Positions 1 to 11,700 of a stretch of 64,000 nucleotides of DNA are shown in pieces. Where the stretch lies: NCBI RefSeq assembly GCF_964204645.1, contig NC_134026.1, positions 30,724,150 through 30,788,149 on the forward strand, written 5' to 3'. The stretch comes from Tubulanus polymorphus (Eukaryota > Animalia > Nemertea). Position numbers and translations under genes: made by a program. How positions within the stretch are numbered: position 1 is the first letter of the stretch; every line of letters starts with the position of its first letter. The notes below the pieces were generated by a model. That model worked only from the letters and a program-made list of their open reading frames with translations. It ran no database searches and was not told the origin of the DNA.

Positions 1-9
1 GATACTCAC

Positions 10-2968
10 ATCCTGATCATCACCTCGTTGAACTTTTTTCATATCCCTCTCAATATCAATGACTTCATCAAGCGTTCGAGGAATATAGGCTCGTTTAAAA
101 ACCTAGAACAAAAATTCAACTACTATTACACCAACATCTTATTACTGTCAATCATGAGCAGTTGTTACAGTCCAACCTGGTTACAACGAAGTTCTGGGGG
201 CAAAATAAAAACTTCATTGTATCCGATACTTCATTGTAAAGGTTGAAAAAAAATGATCTCGTTAAAACTGAAGGAATTAAAGGAAATAACGACTTTTTTG
301 GCCGGGACACAGAAATTTATGAAATGTTATGAAATGTTATGAAATTTCACCTCTTCGTCAATTTTTTCCTGTTCTGTTACTTCCTCTACCGAGCGAGACG
401 ACGCGATTACCATCATTTTCTCGATGTAATCTTCGATATTCTCGTCGGTAATCGTCATATCGGTGACGAAATCAAACAATTCTTTAACAGTCATCGTGCA
501 GACGCCATATTTCTTGAAAAATTCTAATATCAGAAACCATCAGAAAACTACAGAGTTCATGAAACTATGAATCGTCAAATTAGCATCACAAATTGTCAAT
601 GAAGTTTGACTGGAGAGTTGAAATTAGTTAATTTCCAATAGTTTAATCCTAGTGAAATATTAACCAAGGACTGGTGGAACTGAGTCCTGAAATGTATCAC
701 TTCTCACCATTGATATTTGTGCAGTCTTTCCGTAAGAATTCTAAAGCGTGAGGATGATCATGTTCTACTGATTGAGACACGTCTATAAAATACACTTGAC
801 CGTTATGATACCTGTTTAATAGAAAATCATCTTTTTTTATAGTCAGCATTTCTTTCATTTTTTTCTACCTGAGAACACATCATTACTTGTACTTACAATG
901 AAGAAGTAAAAATTTGCAATGTATCACGAATAATGACTTGAGTCTCACACAACCCAAAATCAAAACAACAAAAAACTTATGGTATTAAAAATTTCGACAA
1001 ATTTAGATTTATCACATATTCGAAATTTTTTGTTTGACACAAAAACAACAAGAAATTTGTCATTTCCCTGAAAATAGTGTTAAGTGCAAATCGGAAAATT
1101 CGGATTTTTGATAAATTTCAACTTATTTAGGACTTGTTGATGTTTTGAATACCATAAGTTTTTCAGTGGTTAAGTTTGAGATGGTGGCAGGTGGTTTGGT
1201 GCGTTTTAGACGTTTATCTACTTACAATATATTGAATTCACTGAGATCAGCGTGGACTAGTTTAGCAACAGTGTACATCGTACGTAACAACTGAATACAT
1301 TGTAAATACAATTCTCTCGATTTCGACTCGCTGATATCAACGTCTTTCAGTTTCGGAGCTGACCATCCATCGTTTCCAATAAACGTCATCAGTAACACAT
1401 GACTTCGCAATAAAACCGGTTCCGGACACGGGATACCCGCTTGATACATCCTGAAGTATAAAAACAGAACTTATTCGAACACGCAACTGAGAAACTGTGA
1501 CTCATTAACATTGATTATAATGTACCTCGTTAAATTTCTCATCTCTTTTTCCGCCCAAGTTCTCACCATTTTACGTGGATTATGTTTACAGTATCCATGA
1601 CGAAATCTGAATTCACCGGTCACGTATTTATCCCTGTCTTTAAACACTAATATCGATGTCTTGTAAACCTAGAAAAATATTCAAAGCAATAAACAGTAGA
1701 CTGCGCAAGTTAACACAGAGACTGACTTAATTCCCCAATCCTTCATCAGAGTTTTGATGGAGTCAAATATAACTCACTTTTATGGCTAAATCTTGACCAT
1801 TTTTAGAAGATGCGTGATAGACATTCGCTTCTTTTCCGGTGCTGACGCAACCGTTTATTTCTGTGATGAATCCTCGGTTTAACATTTTGAATATAATCAT
1901 TCGAGTTCGTGGATCTAGAACCTGCTCAACAGTTGCGCGATCGGCTTTATCTCGACCGCGATTTCTACAATACAATTTCATAATTTTTTAACAAATAATT
2001 TACTGCGAAGAACAACTAATAAACCTCACAATTCAATCACCTGTCACTGTTCGATTTACGATCATTTTCTATTAATTTACTCGCCGCTGAACTCGTCAGT
2101 TTGGGACCCGTGTATTTATCTACAAGAAATTCAAAATTTGCCCAATCTTAACACGCAAAATGTAAAACTAATTAATTTCTATTCATCGTTACAAACTTAC
2201 CAACTCTGATGACATTCGAGAATTTATTAAACGCCTTTTCATTTGGTTGATATTTGCCTGAATTCACTTTGTTATTTACTTGAGTATTTGGCTGAAGGTG
2301 AAAAAACACAAAATTAAATCAGATAACTCATATTTCTACTGGCACATTTTACAAATAAAATCGATTCAATTGACTAACCTTCAATGAACCTCCATGAGCA
2401 GCATTGTACCTTTTAGTAAAGTCTATAAGTAATAGAAATAGGAGTTTCATCAGAATTCAGCAGAAAACTGGTTTATACTTTTCAATCAAGGATTGACTTT
2501 ACCTCGAGATGTATAGTCATCCCAATCATCATCAACGTCATCTTCTTCACTGTAATCATCACTCCACGTTTCATTTTCATCTTCCTTTTCATTATTGGTA
2601 TCATCAACTTTGGCAACAGGTTCTACAAATATTGGAGGTTTGACAAAAAATTATTTCCCTATGAAAAAAAAAAAAATAATCTCATAGATTACGGCTGTAA
2701 ATTACTTTTTTACCTATTACTTCATCTATTTTTCCCATTTCGACTGCTAACTTAAGTGATTCTAACGACCATTGTGGACAATGTTCCTTATCAATAACTG
2801 GAGCTGATCTAAAAAAATAAGCAAAAACATATTAGCCATACAAAGTTAGAGACCAGAGTACCGTTACTGCTGAGCCGGTTCCATTGTCAAGAATCTTAAC
2901 GAGTGAGTTGAGGACACTTAAATGACTTACATATCATCATCTGCATCATCAAACTGACCAGCTTCCAT
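10..2968 (-). CDS. RIOK1: RIO kinase 1 (atypical Ser/Thr kinase, 40S maturation); multi-exon, 3' end lies outside the window
   Basis: ATG at 2968 ([12 protein letters not shown]). Exons encode [71 protein letters not shown] and [28 protein letters not shown] exons at about 2931-2968, 2714-2808, 2503-2658, 2379-2422, 2200-2292, 2041-2119, 1779-1964, 1526-1668, 1226-1451, 708-811, 350-523, 10-102. Confidence 0.95.
971..1164. mobile_element. MITE-like fold-back element in RIOK1 intron
   Basis: Perfect 16-bp inverted repeat AAAAACTTATGGTATT ... AATACCATAAGTTTTT. Confidence 0.45.
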
Positions 2969-3536
2969 TTTATCAACTGATCTGAAAAAATAATACGACC
3001 GCAAGTCTTAGGTTAAATTAATTTGATTGAATTGGTGAAACCCGGAAGTAAATGAATGAATAATCCATGTATTTACCAGCTTCCCCCGTTAACAAATGTG
3101 AATTACAAATCAATTTAAGATTCCTGATTTATGAATTGTATTCCGTTGTATCGGTTTCCTATCACGATATGTCTAAATAACCACGAATTAGTGCAATATT
3201 TGATTTTTTTCCACAAAATTTCACCATGCTGGGAAATTCATGGGCGCGGCCATCTTGAAAACTAACCAATTCAATATTGACTTTATTCATCTCGTTTGGT
3301 AGAAATAGAAGAAAAAGCGATAATTCAATGAATAAACACATTCCTAATGTACAAAATAATGAATAAATAGAGCATAGAACTAATAGTTCTATGAATAGAG
3401 GAAATGCTTATGAAATATTGACATTCGGACGACGACACGGACACCGTGCACTCCGATTCGTCCGTACCGTTGTCCATACGGATTATAAGCACTGGTTTCT
3501 GCGTGGTGAAATAATTTTCACACATTCCCCTTCAAA
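2969..3536. promoter_or_regulatory. Bidirectional promoter / 5' UTR region RIOK1-EIF3I
   Basis: Divergent start codons about 570 bp apart; YY1-like GCGGCCATCTTG at about 3246-3257; ETS-like CCGGAAGT at about 3042; probable non-coding RIOK1 first exon (donor near 3076). Confidence 0.55.
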
Positions 3537-5737
3537 ATGGTGAGTCTAACGCATTCTAGTACAATTTCTTATATCAATATGTTTGAACATTTGTAAAGAT
3601 GTAATTTAGTAATTGGATGAAGCAGCGATTTCTCTCATTTCGGCGATAAAATATCGCGCCGGTTTGTACAATATGGAGATAGTCTGTGTTTATACCGCTT
3701 AATCGTATATGCGATATATATTTCAGAAACCGTTAATGTTACACGGTCACGAGCGATCTATAACTCAAATCAAATACAGCAGAGAAGGAGATTTACTGTT
3801 TTCATGCGCGAAAGATCAGAAGCCTAATGTTTGGTACGCTCTTAATGGTGAGCGTTTAGGTACATTCGACGGTCATGGTGGTGCTGTTTGGTGTCTAGAT
3901 GTCAACTGTATCCTTTGCTTCCGCGCAGAAAACCCGTTATCGCTGCATTGCAGCTATATTTAGAAGATTTTTGTTTCTATCTTTAACTATAAATTCTCAG
4001 GGGACACGACGAGATTTATGTCCGGTTCAGCTGATAATACGTGTAGAATATGGGATTGCGAAACTGGTAAGACTGAACATCAGAGAGTTTATCATTCTTT
4101 ATTCTCTTTGGAGAATCGGTGAATTTAGCTGCAGGTGTCATCCCAAAATATTTATATATCACTAACTTTACCCTAGTGACATCGCCCTCTAACCCTTACC
4201 TTTTGATGTTACGGTTTACCCTCTCAACTGCAGTCTTCAATGAATCGTGAATCTCTTTAAAATTCTCTCGATTCAGGTAAAAATCTGGGTGTATTAAATA
4301 CAAAAACAGCTGTGAGGTCGTGTGGATTCTCATACAGCGGGAAAATGTTAATGTACACGACTGATAAAACTATGGGTCACCCGTGTGAAATACATCTATT
4401 CGACACTGAAGATGCTTATCAAGTTGGTAAGTAGATTCTCGAGGGTGAAGAGTTTATCTGCGACGACTAGAATCAGACTTAGACGAATGTTGTGTGAATA
4501 TTTCAGACGCTGGTCGACCGTTTATGGCAATTCCGATGTCGAACACGAACACTAAAGTAACTTGCGCTGTTTGGGGACCTTTAGACGAAATGATCATTAC
4601 TGGACATGAAAATGGAGAACTGTGTCAGTGGGATGTGAAGGTGCGTGAAATATTTAGAGTATTTCAACATCTATTTGAATTCACATGGATCTAATTAATA
4701 TGTTTGTTTTCTTCTAGACCGGTAAAAATATCTACACAATCAAAGAACATTCAAAACAAATAAATGATATACAGTTGTCTAAAGATGGAACGATGATGAT
4801 TACGGCTTCAAAAGATACAACAGCAAAAGTAAGTGATCTAGATAATGACAGTATTTGCTGTGATTGAATCCCGTCTCAAACAAAGATAAACTGAATGATG
4901 ACATTTTGATGTGTTTTTGATGTGTTTTTGTAGTTGTTCGATGTATCAACTTTAGAACACATGAAAACGTATAAAACAGAACGACCTGTAAATTCAGCAG
5001 CAATTTCACCAATTGATGAACACGTAAGTGACACACTGACTCTCATAGATTTAGGGAGTGTCTGGATAACCTCTGAATAGCTGTAAAAATATGTCATCTA
5101 TTTATTTCAGGTTGTACTGGGCGGAGGTCAAGAGGCCATGGAAGTAACGACCACTTCAACTCGTATAGGAAAATTCGACGCTAGGTTCTTTCATTTGGTA
5201 TTTGAAGAAGAGTTTGGACGAGTGAAAGGTCATTTCGGTCCAATTAACAGTATAGCTTTTCAACCTGATGGTAAAGGGTAAGTTGAGGAGTGCTATCACT
5301 TTATTGGAACCTCCTTACAACTTCATATAACAGTTCTATTGCTAGTAAGAGTTTCTTGTCAAGTAAGATTAGTTTATCGCGCAGTGTATCATTAGTTACT
5401 AATATTTCACTTTGTTTGACAGATGCCGTCATTTTTCAAGAGAGATAATTACTAATTACATCAATACACCGCAGTGCGGTGTACTAGCAAAATCTACCAC
5501 TGATTTATACACTGCAGTGCGGTGTAGACGCACTGAAAGGGTTAACAAACTATCGGTGGTTATAACAAACAGATTTTATTCAGTTCATTGTAACGAGGTT
5601 CCACTATGATACATGTTTAAGAAGGTTGCAGCATATGTTGATGTTTATATTACAGATATAGTAGCGGTGGTGAGGATGGTTACGTAAGATGTCAAAGTTT
5701 TGATTCGGATTATTTTGACTTCGAACTCGAGTGTTAG
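3537..5737 (+). CDS. EIF3I: Eukaryotic translation initiation factor 3 subunit I (WD40)
   Basis: The first coding exon contributes only ATG (3537-3539|gtgagt). Then [110 protein letters not shown] and [11 protein letters not shown]. Stop TAG at 5735-5737. Confidence 0.96.
3908..4000 (+). other. U12-type (minor spliceosome) GT-AG intron in EIF3I
   Basis: 5' splice site GTATCCTTT; branch-point-like TCTTTAAC ending 13 nt before the exon; no long polypyrimidine tract; splicing restores a T|GG Trp codon in frame. Confidence 0.88.
5305..5603. mobile_element. Tc1/mariner-like MITE containing a nested piggyBac-MITE end
   Basis: TIRs TGGAACCTCCTTACAA / TTGTAACGAGGTTCCA. The internal 5380-5545 segment ends CACTGAAAGGG-TTAA and matches the reverse complement of 35568-35730. 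Confidence 0.6.
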
Positions 5738-5945
5738 CAGTTTAACGGAGAACACGCTTTATAACAGAAACCAGTGCTAAAAAACATTCAAACATCATCT
5801 AGTGTCGATATCATCATCGACACTACATTACTACGAGAATGAAGATAATAAAATATTACTGGAAATTTAAACAACGCTTTTATTTATATGTTTAAAAGTA
5901 ACGAAACAACTGTTTAGATTACGGTAAATACCGGTGATATGTAAG

Positions 5946-6060
5946 TACAGTAGACTTCGCTAGCGCGGGATGATTTTCTCTGAGGCAGACTGTGACAATA
6001 GGTCTTTGAAACAATCGGTCATCTCCGCGGTAAGCGCAGTCAGCGCAGTCTACTACTGTA
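5946..6060. mobile_element. Short Tc1-like MITE between the convergent 3' ends of EIF3I and C8orf74
   Basis: Imperfect TIRs TACAGTAGACT ... AGTCTACTACTGTA with terminal TA. Confidence 0.45.
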
Positions 6061-6067
6061 ATATGTA

Positions 6068-8219
6068 TTAGTTCTTTCTGCTACGAGCAGATTTTGGTGA
6101 CTTGCTGCGGTCGGTCTTCTGAACTTTTAAGCTGTTATTTCTGGAGCCTTTCGGTGATTTCGGTGATTTAGCATCTTTACGAGCAGATGTCAACTTCTGC
6201 GCTTCATTCAGTTTGTATCTGGGTGGAGGACCTAGAAAGAATCAACGCAATCATTAAAAAACAAAATACCCGGAAAACAAACAATCCTTGAGCTGAATAC
6301 ATTTATTCTTTAACCCTTTCGCTGCGTACACGCTTGCACCGCCCCCTACGTAAGGTATTTTCCGAAAAATTCGATTTTTTTCAAATTGTTTTTAACCCCG
6401 ATTTTTCGCGTTTTTATCGAAGATTATGATGTTATTTAGTGAAAATCAGTAAAAAATCATACCAACAGCCTTTTCTGTAGGGGGGGGGCGTGTTGGGGGG
6501 GGGGTCAGGATGGGTTAAAAATTTTTTTTTTTCAGTTTTTCACCCAAGTGCCTATCTCAGTCTTTGGTGATTGATGCTACGGTGTGGATGAAAGAAATTC
6601 AATTGATATGGGATATCCTTTTCCGCTGGTAGAGGTACGTAAGTGGGGAGCCATCTCAATCCCGCGCAAATTACCATGTGCTCAACAGGCTGACAGCACC
6701 AACTACTGACGCATTTTCGCCATCTGTTGTTTAGAAAGCTAACTATCTTGTCTTACATGCGTTTCCATACTGTTTGCTGTGTACGCGTTCGAGTTATAAA
6801 TCAATAGGTGCATGACGTTTCTACAACGTCATACGCACAGCAAGTGTCACTCATATGACGTTTCCAAAACGTCACACGTAGCGAAAGGGTTAATAGCAAA
6901 ATCGTCGATTAACTCGAAACAAAAAGCTTTGATCCAGTTCGACAGTTTTTTCTCTATATAAAATTAATTGTGGAACAGGTGGACAACATTCAACTGAATC
7001 GATTACCTAGTTCAGCCGGTCGAGGAACTAGTGTTCTCTCTAATTTATGCTCCAATTCATCCATACTCAATTCTATATTAGACTGAATGGTATGAAGAGT
7101 AGCGCCGATATAAGCTGATGTGACGCCCTTCACTATCTTTAATATATTCTATAAAGTAAACAAAAAAAATCATAAATATACAAAAACAACCGTACAATAT
7201 GAATTCCAAGGCAGTCTGTCGTTTTAACCACAATGAACTTGATTAGAAAATTTGTAACATGTGAGGGGCATGCGAGTTTGGGGTACCATAACTATTAAGG
7301 CAACTTTCTGATTCTGGGGTAAACAGAGTTTTCTGGAAGCGGAAACGATGTGTTTTTACCTCTTTATCTAAAGTTGTATTTTCATCAACTGCTGTTTGTG
7401 TTTTAATATCGTTAATAGTTTTGAAATCGTCCATTATAATCTTTTCACGTTCTGCGATCTTTTCGTTTCTATGAGTCTCGGCCGAACGATCGATTTCACT
7501 CAGTTTTTCGTCGTATTCCCAGATTTTAATTTCCTTCGCGTCTTTCAACGGTTCGATTTCACGTGGAGTCTCGATCAATAATCTATTATCGGATATCATT
7601 TGATCTTGCGCGTTGGTGAAACAATACTGGAACAGATTATAATGCGACATGAACGTCGCGAAGAATTGTTCCGAAAATATTTCCATATTTCGTAAAGAGA
7701 CTCGGGTCCCGTATTTCAACACTTTCTCATTGAATAACTTGAGGGCATCGGTTAAAGTTTGACCTAAAATATCGAAAAACAAGTGGGTTGAGGCTCTTAA
7801 TGTAGTCACACCTTACATTTGAAGGATTCCATACTTCTACAAAGTTCTGTAACTCACCAACTGTTTCTTCTTGCATTTCTTTGACTATTTGAAACACACA
7901 ACAAACTTCAAGCCAGGAAAATCCTTTCTTTACAGCAAACATCAAATGATCGTACAAATAGTCCAGTAATATAGATCGTAATAGGTTATCCTCTTCATCA
8001 AACGGCTCCCAATCGAGAACCTTCGAAGCGAGAAGATTTCTTCCTTCATTTCGATTCTTCTGTACGAATAAAATAAGAGCAATTATTACGAAATGGAATA
8101 ATAAGCACTTCAATATCGAATTATGGCTACCGGTGTAAGACTCGTCAACTGACCTGAGCTGCTATAAAAACCGCATCATCTTTCCTTAAAATGAGATTGT
8201 CAAAATTTTGGTCCGCCAT
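6068..8219 (-). CDS. C8orf74: Uncharacterised protein C8orf74 homolog
   Basis: Exons 8154-8219, 7858-8059, 7360-7763, 7007-7148, 6068-6231 join in frame. LDWEPFDEEDNLLRSILLDYLYDHLMFAVKKGFSWLEV and TFMSHYNLFQYCF match the recalled vertebrate C8orf74 pattern (LNWEEFDE..RRSILLDTLYE...FAVGKGFPW; TFIRHYKLYQY). Confidence 0.8.
6314..6889. mobile_element. Non-autonomous piggyBac-type element (576 bp) in C8orf74 intron 4
   Basis: TTAA target duplication at 6310-6313 and 6890-6893; 14-bp TIR CCCTTTCGCT(G/A)CGT; no ORF. Confidence 0.85.
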
Positions 8220-8485
8220 GTTGTTTACATTATTACCGTGGATACCAGCCGCGTTTTCTCTCAAGCTAACCGTCCGATCCATGAGTCCGAATTCCGCGGG
8301 CTTAAGATATCTATCAATAATCCGGTCACCATTGAGCGGTCACCATTGACGCCCATTTTCTTTTGAATCGCGACCTTTAAATTGATAATTTGATTCGACT
8401 CATTTACGAAAAACGATTCGATTTACTAAACCTTTTGTTTTCCGATACCGAATCAGATTCAATTTCGTAAAAGCGCCTATATGTC

Positions 8486-8584
8486 CATCTTCACCCGTCA
8501 AGGGATTCGAACCTACTACGCTAAAGCTGTTCGCCGATGGAAGCGAGTTCGGGAGTGATACCGGACCCCTGGCAAGCGAGGATG
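8486..8584. mobile_element. Mutator-like MITE, 99-bp internally deleted copy, in the C8orf74/DOCK divergent promoter
   Basis: Exact 9-bp TSD CTATATGTC (8477-8485, 8585-8593); both ends nearly identical to the ends of the 53297-53624 element. Confidence 0.85.
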
Positions 8585-8711
8585 CTATATGTCGTGATAT
8601 ATTACTTACAGCTGCTACTCAACATATTACACTTCCTGGCTTATTTCCGGGTTAAAATTACTTCCGGGTTGGTAAAAAAATATCGTCGACGTCGAAATTG
8701 TGGAAGGAATT

Positions 8712-11700
8712 ATGGCCAGTGGCCAGCGAGCATTCGCTCAAAAACTCAACAAGTAAGTTTCAAATGTAATTCTATATACATCAATGCTGTTTGTTGTCGA
8801 GTGTTTTTTGTTGAATGATGGAGAAGCACTTCTCCTCGGTGACTCACGATCCGTCCTGTCAAAAAGTTACTTCCTTGTTTGTTTTGATGACATTTGAAAT
8901 ATCTACTTTGGTCTTTCATCTTCGAATCAAATTTGTGCCTCTGATTTTTACCATCACCTCAAGATCTTACGTGTAACCCTTACTGGGAACATTGTATTGT
9001 ATAGGATACTTACTGTGTTAGTGTGTGTTTATAAATCCAGTGATGTCGCAGCAGTGCTGGAATGTGGGATGGGCTGATTTTACTCTCTGCTGTTTGATTA
9101 TTTCAGGCAAGGTGCTGCTGAAGTAAGACGTCAAGTCTCATCCGCGTATCTGAAAGACTCGTCTTACGCTAAAGAAATACCAAAAAGTATCAGTGGAGTC
9201 TCAATAGCCAGCAGTGTTAGTGTAAGTAATCAAAACATTAACAACAAATTTGTTGCCAAAACTATCAAAATCTTGTCGAGGATGCCTAGAAATTTCCCTT
9301 TATTATTTCCCTGACTCCCTTTTCTTGGCTTTTTCAAGATACTTTAATTTTGGGAAAAGATGCCCTGCGTGTTGGTCCCCTTCCCTCTTAAAATAACTCT
9401 AGATCTAGGCTGATACTGTTTGTTTTTATTGTTTTTTAGATTCCGTTATGCGACGTTGTAAAACCGTTAGACTATGAAGATTACATTCAACAGAATCAAG
9501 TGACAATTGATAAAGATCCGATGAAAGATCTGGTCGGATTTCCAGCTGATGATATCGAAGTGACTTTACTACCAAAACAATGTAGGACAATAGCTCCTAT
9601 AATTCCTGAGCGAGGGTCAGTAAAGTCTTATTTAGATTGAAGTTGAATCAATGCGTTGTAGATTTAAGATAAGAAGTAAGAGGTTTCTATTTACAGATAT
9701 GAGAATGATGTTCATGTTCGAGACTGTATTCACTGTTATACGGCTGATTACACAGTCGTCAATAGGCGCTATTTCAATCACAGCTCCAGTTATGCTGATT
9801 TCGATCGCGAGGATGAGAAAACCGAATTCCTCAAACAAATTCCGTCGCAAGAGTTTGAGATCGATAACGAATATGATTCCGAAGATGTAAGTAGTTAATT
9901 GATAATTCCTTCTTTAGCTACATACTTTTTCTCCTCATAAATCCAGAAAATGTTAATTTCGCAAAAATTCTAAGTCTTATTTTAATATTAAATAACGCAT
10001 TAAGAATAAAAAGAGTCGGAAATGTTTCCTGATCTTGTGGTTTATTAACATTTCGACTGTAACCTAATAGTCGTCTATTTATATATGTTTTGTTTCACAG
10101 GAAGATGATGAGAATCGTAAATCGACGATGGAAGATACTCCTCGAGGAAGTTGGGCGAGTAGTATATTCGATTTGAGGAACTCGCAAGCAGATCCTTTAC
10201 TTCCGAACTTGCTCGACAGAATACCGCCGGATAAAGTGGATCAGTACAACGCTGAAGAAAGACAAATGGAAAGACACAAAGAATTGTTTCCTTTGTTCCC
10301 ACCGCAGGATGAGGTAATGCTCTTTTTCATGTGAGTTTTGAAAAAAATAAATCAACGAAATAATGATTTTTTTTCTTTTTCTATCTTCAGGAAGAATGGG
10401 TAGAACGTAGGGTAATGGGAGAAGTTCCGCGAGAACATTTCGGACATAGGGTTTTAATCAAGTGTTTACAACTAAAGTAAGAACTTTATTTGTAAATAAA
10501 AACCCATTTGAGAAACGTTTTTTTCATGCGTAAAAATGTATTTATTTTATTGTAGACTCGAATTGGAAATTGAACCGATATTTGCTTCGATGGCATTATA
10601 CGATGCGAAGGAAAAGAAAAAGGTAAGAAATGACGATCATTGTTAACATTCTCATGGATGATTCATTATCTAATCATCGATATATCGATTCAATTTCAGA
10701 TATCGGAGAATTTCTATTTCGATATGAATCCTGAACACATTCGTAACATGATCGACGGACAAGTATCTTATTCAGATTTATCATCGCTGAGTAGATCAGC
10801 TATATTCAGTATTACATACCCTTCACCCGATATATTCATCGTCATCAAGGTTCCTATTTTTATACCTCGCATTTATTCAACAGCTGCAGATCTCAGTCGC
10901 CGATTGTATTTTCATCTCCGGAATTTTTTTTTTAAACAGTTGGAGAAGGTTTTACAGCAAGGTGATATCGGAGAATGCGCCGATCCATACATGAAAGATG
11001 ATAAGGTAAATCATAATTTTTCAAATCCTCACACAGAGTGGTCACTTACCCGGGCATCTGGGCAAAGTCGAGTCAGGGAAATGTGCGGGAGAATGTTGAG
11101 ATTACGCGTATAGTCAAACTGTTTCTGTCTATGTCTTACATATTTGACTGTGTTTGTTGATTGGATTGTGAACGATACAAATCAGAGAACAGTGGTCATC
11201 CTGTCATCCTGTCATCCTGTCACATTTGGCAAACAGAAATTTATATCTTTTTATTTATTTATCTATGTTAGAATCGAGAGAAAGTGAAAGCGAATGCTGA
11301 ATTGTTTTGCGAGAAGCTCGGTCGTTATCGGATGCCGTTCGCGTGGACCGCGGTGCACCTGTTTAACGTGGTTACAGGAACTGGAACGATGGAACGTGAA
11401 GCGAGCACAGAACGAGAACCAATCGCGACAAACAGTTTAGGTACGAATCAATTCGAATTTTAGTTCATGGAATCCGCAATTTTCATCTATAATAGACATG
11501 AATTATTATAAAGAAATTGACGATGATTTTGATTGTGAATTCAGATCGACGTTCGAGTTTGATAGAGAAACAACTGGAGAATTTCCGACGTAAAGGACGT
11601 TCAGATGAGTTTAATCATCGAGGTTCATTCGAGCGTTCTCGTAACGGTGGTTCCGATAAACGGAACAGTTGGCCCGCAGATGATTACAGTCAAATACTAG

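Noticed and set aside
8537-8818. ORF 8537..8818 as a separate gene or DOCK N-terminal extension
   Set aside because: It starts inside the MITE and is out of frame with the conserved DOCK start at 8712.
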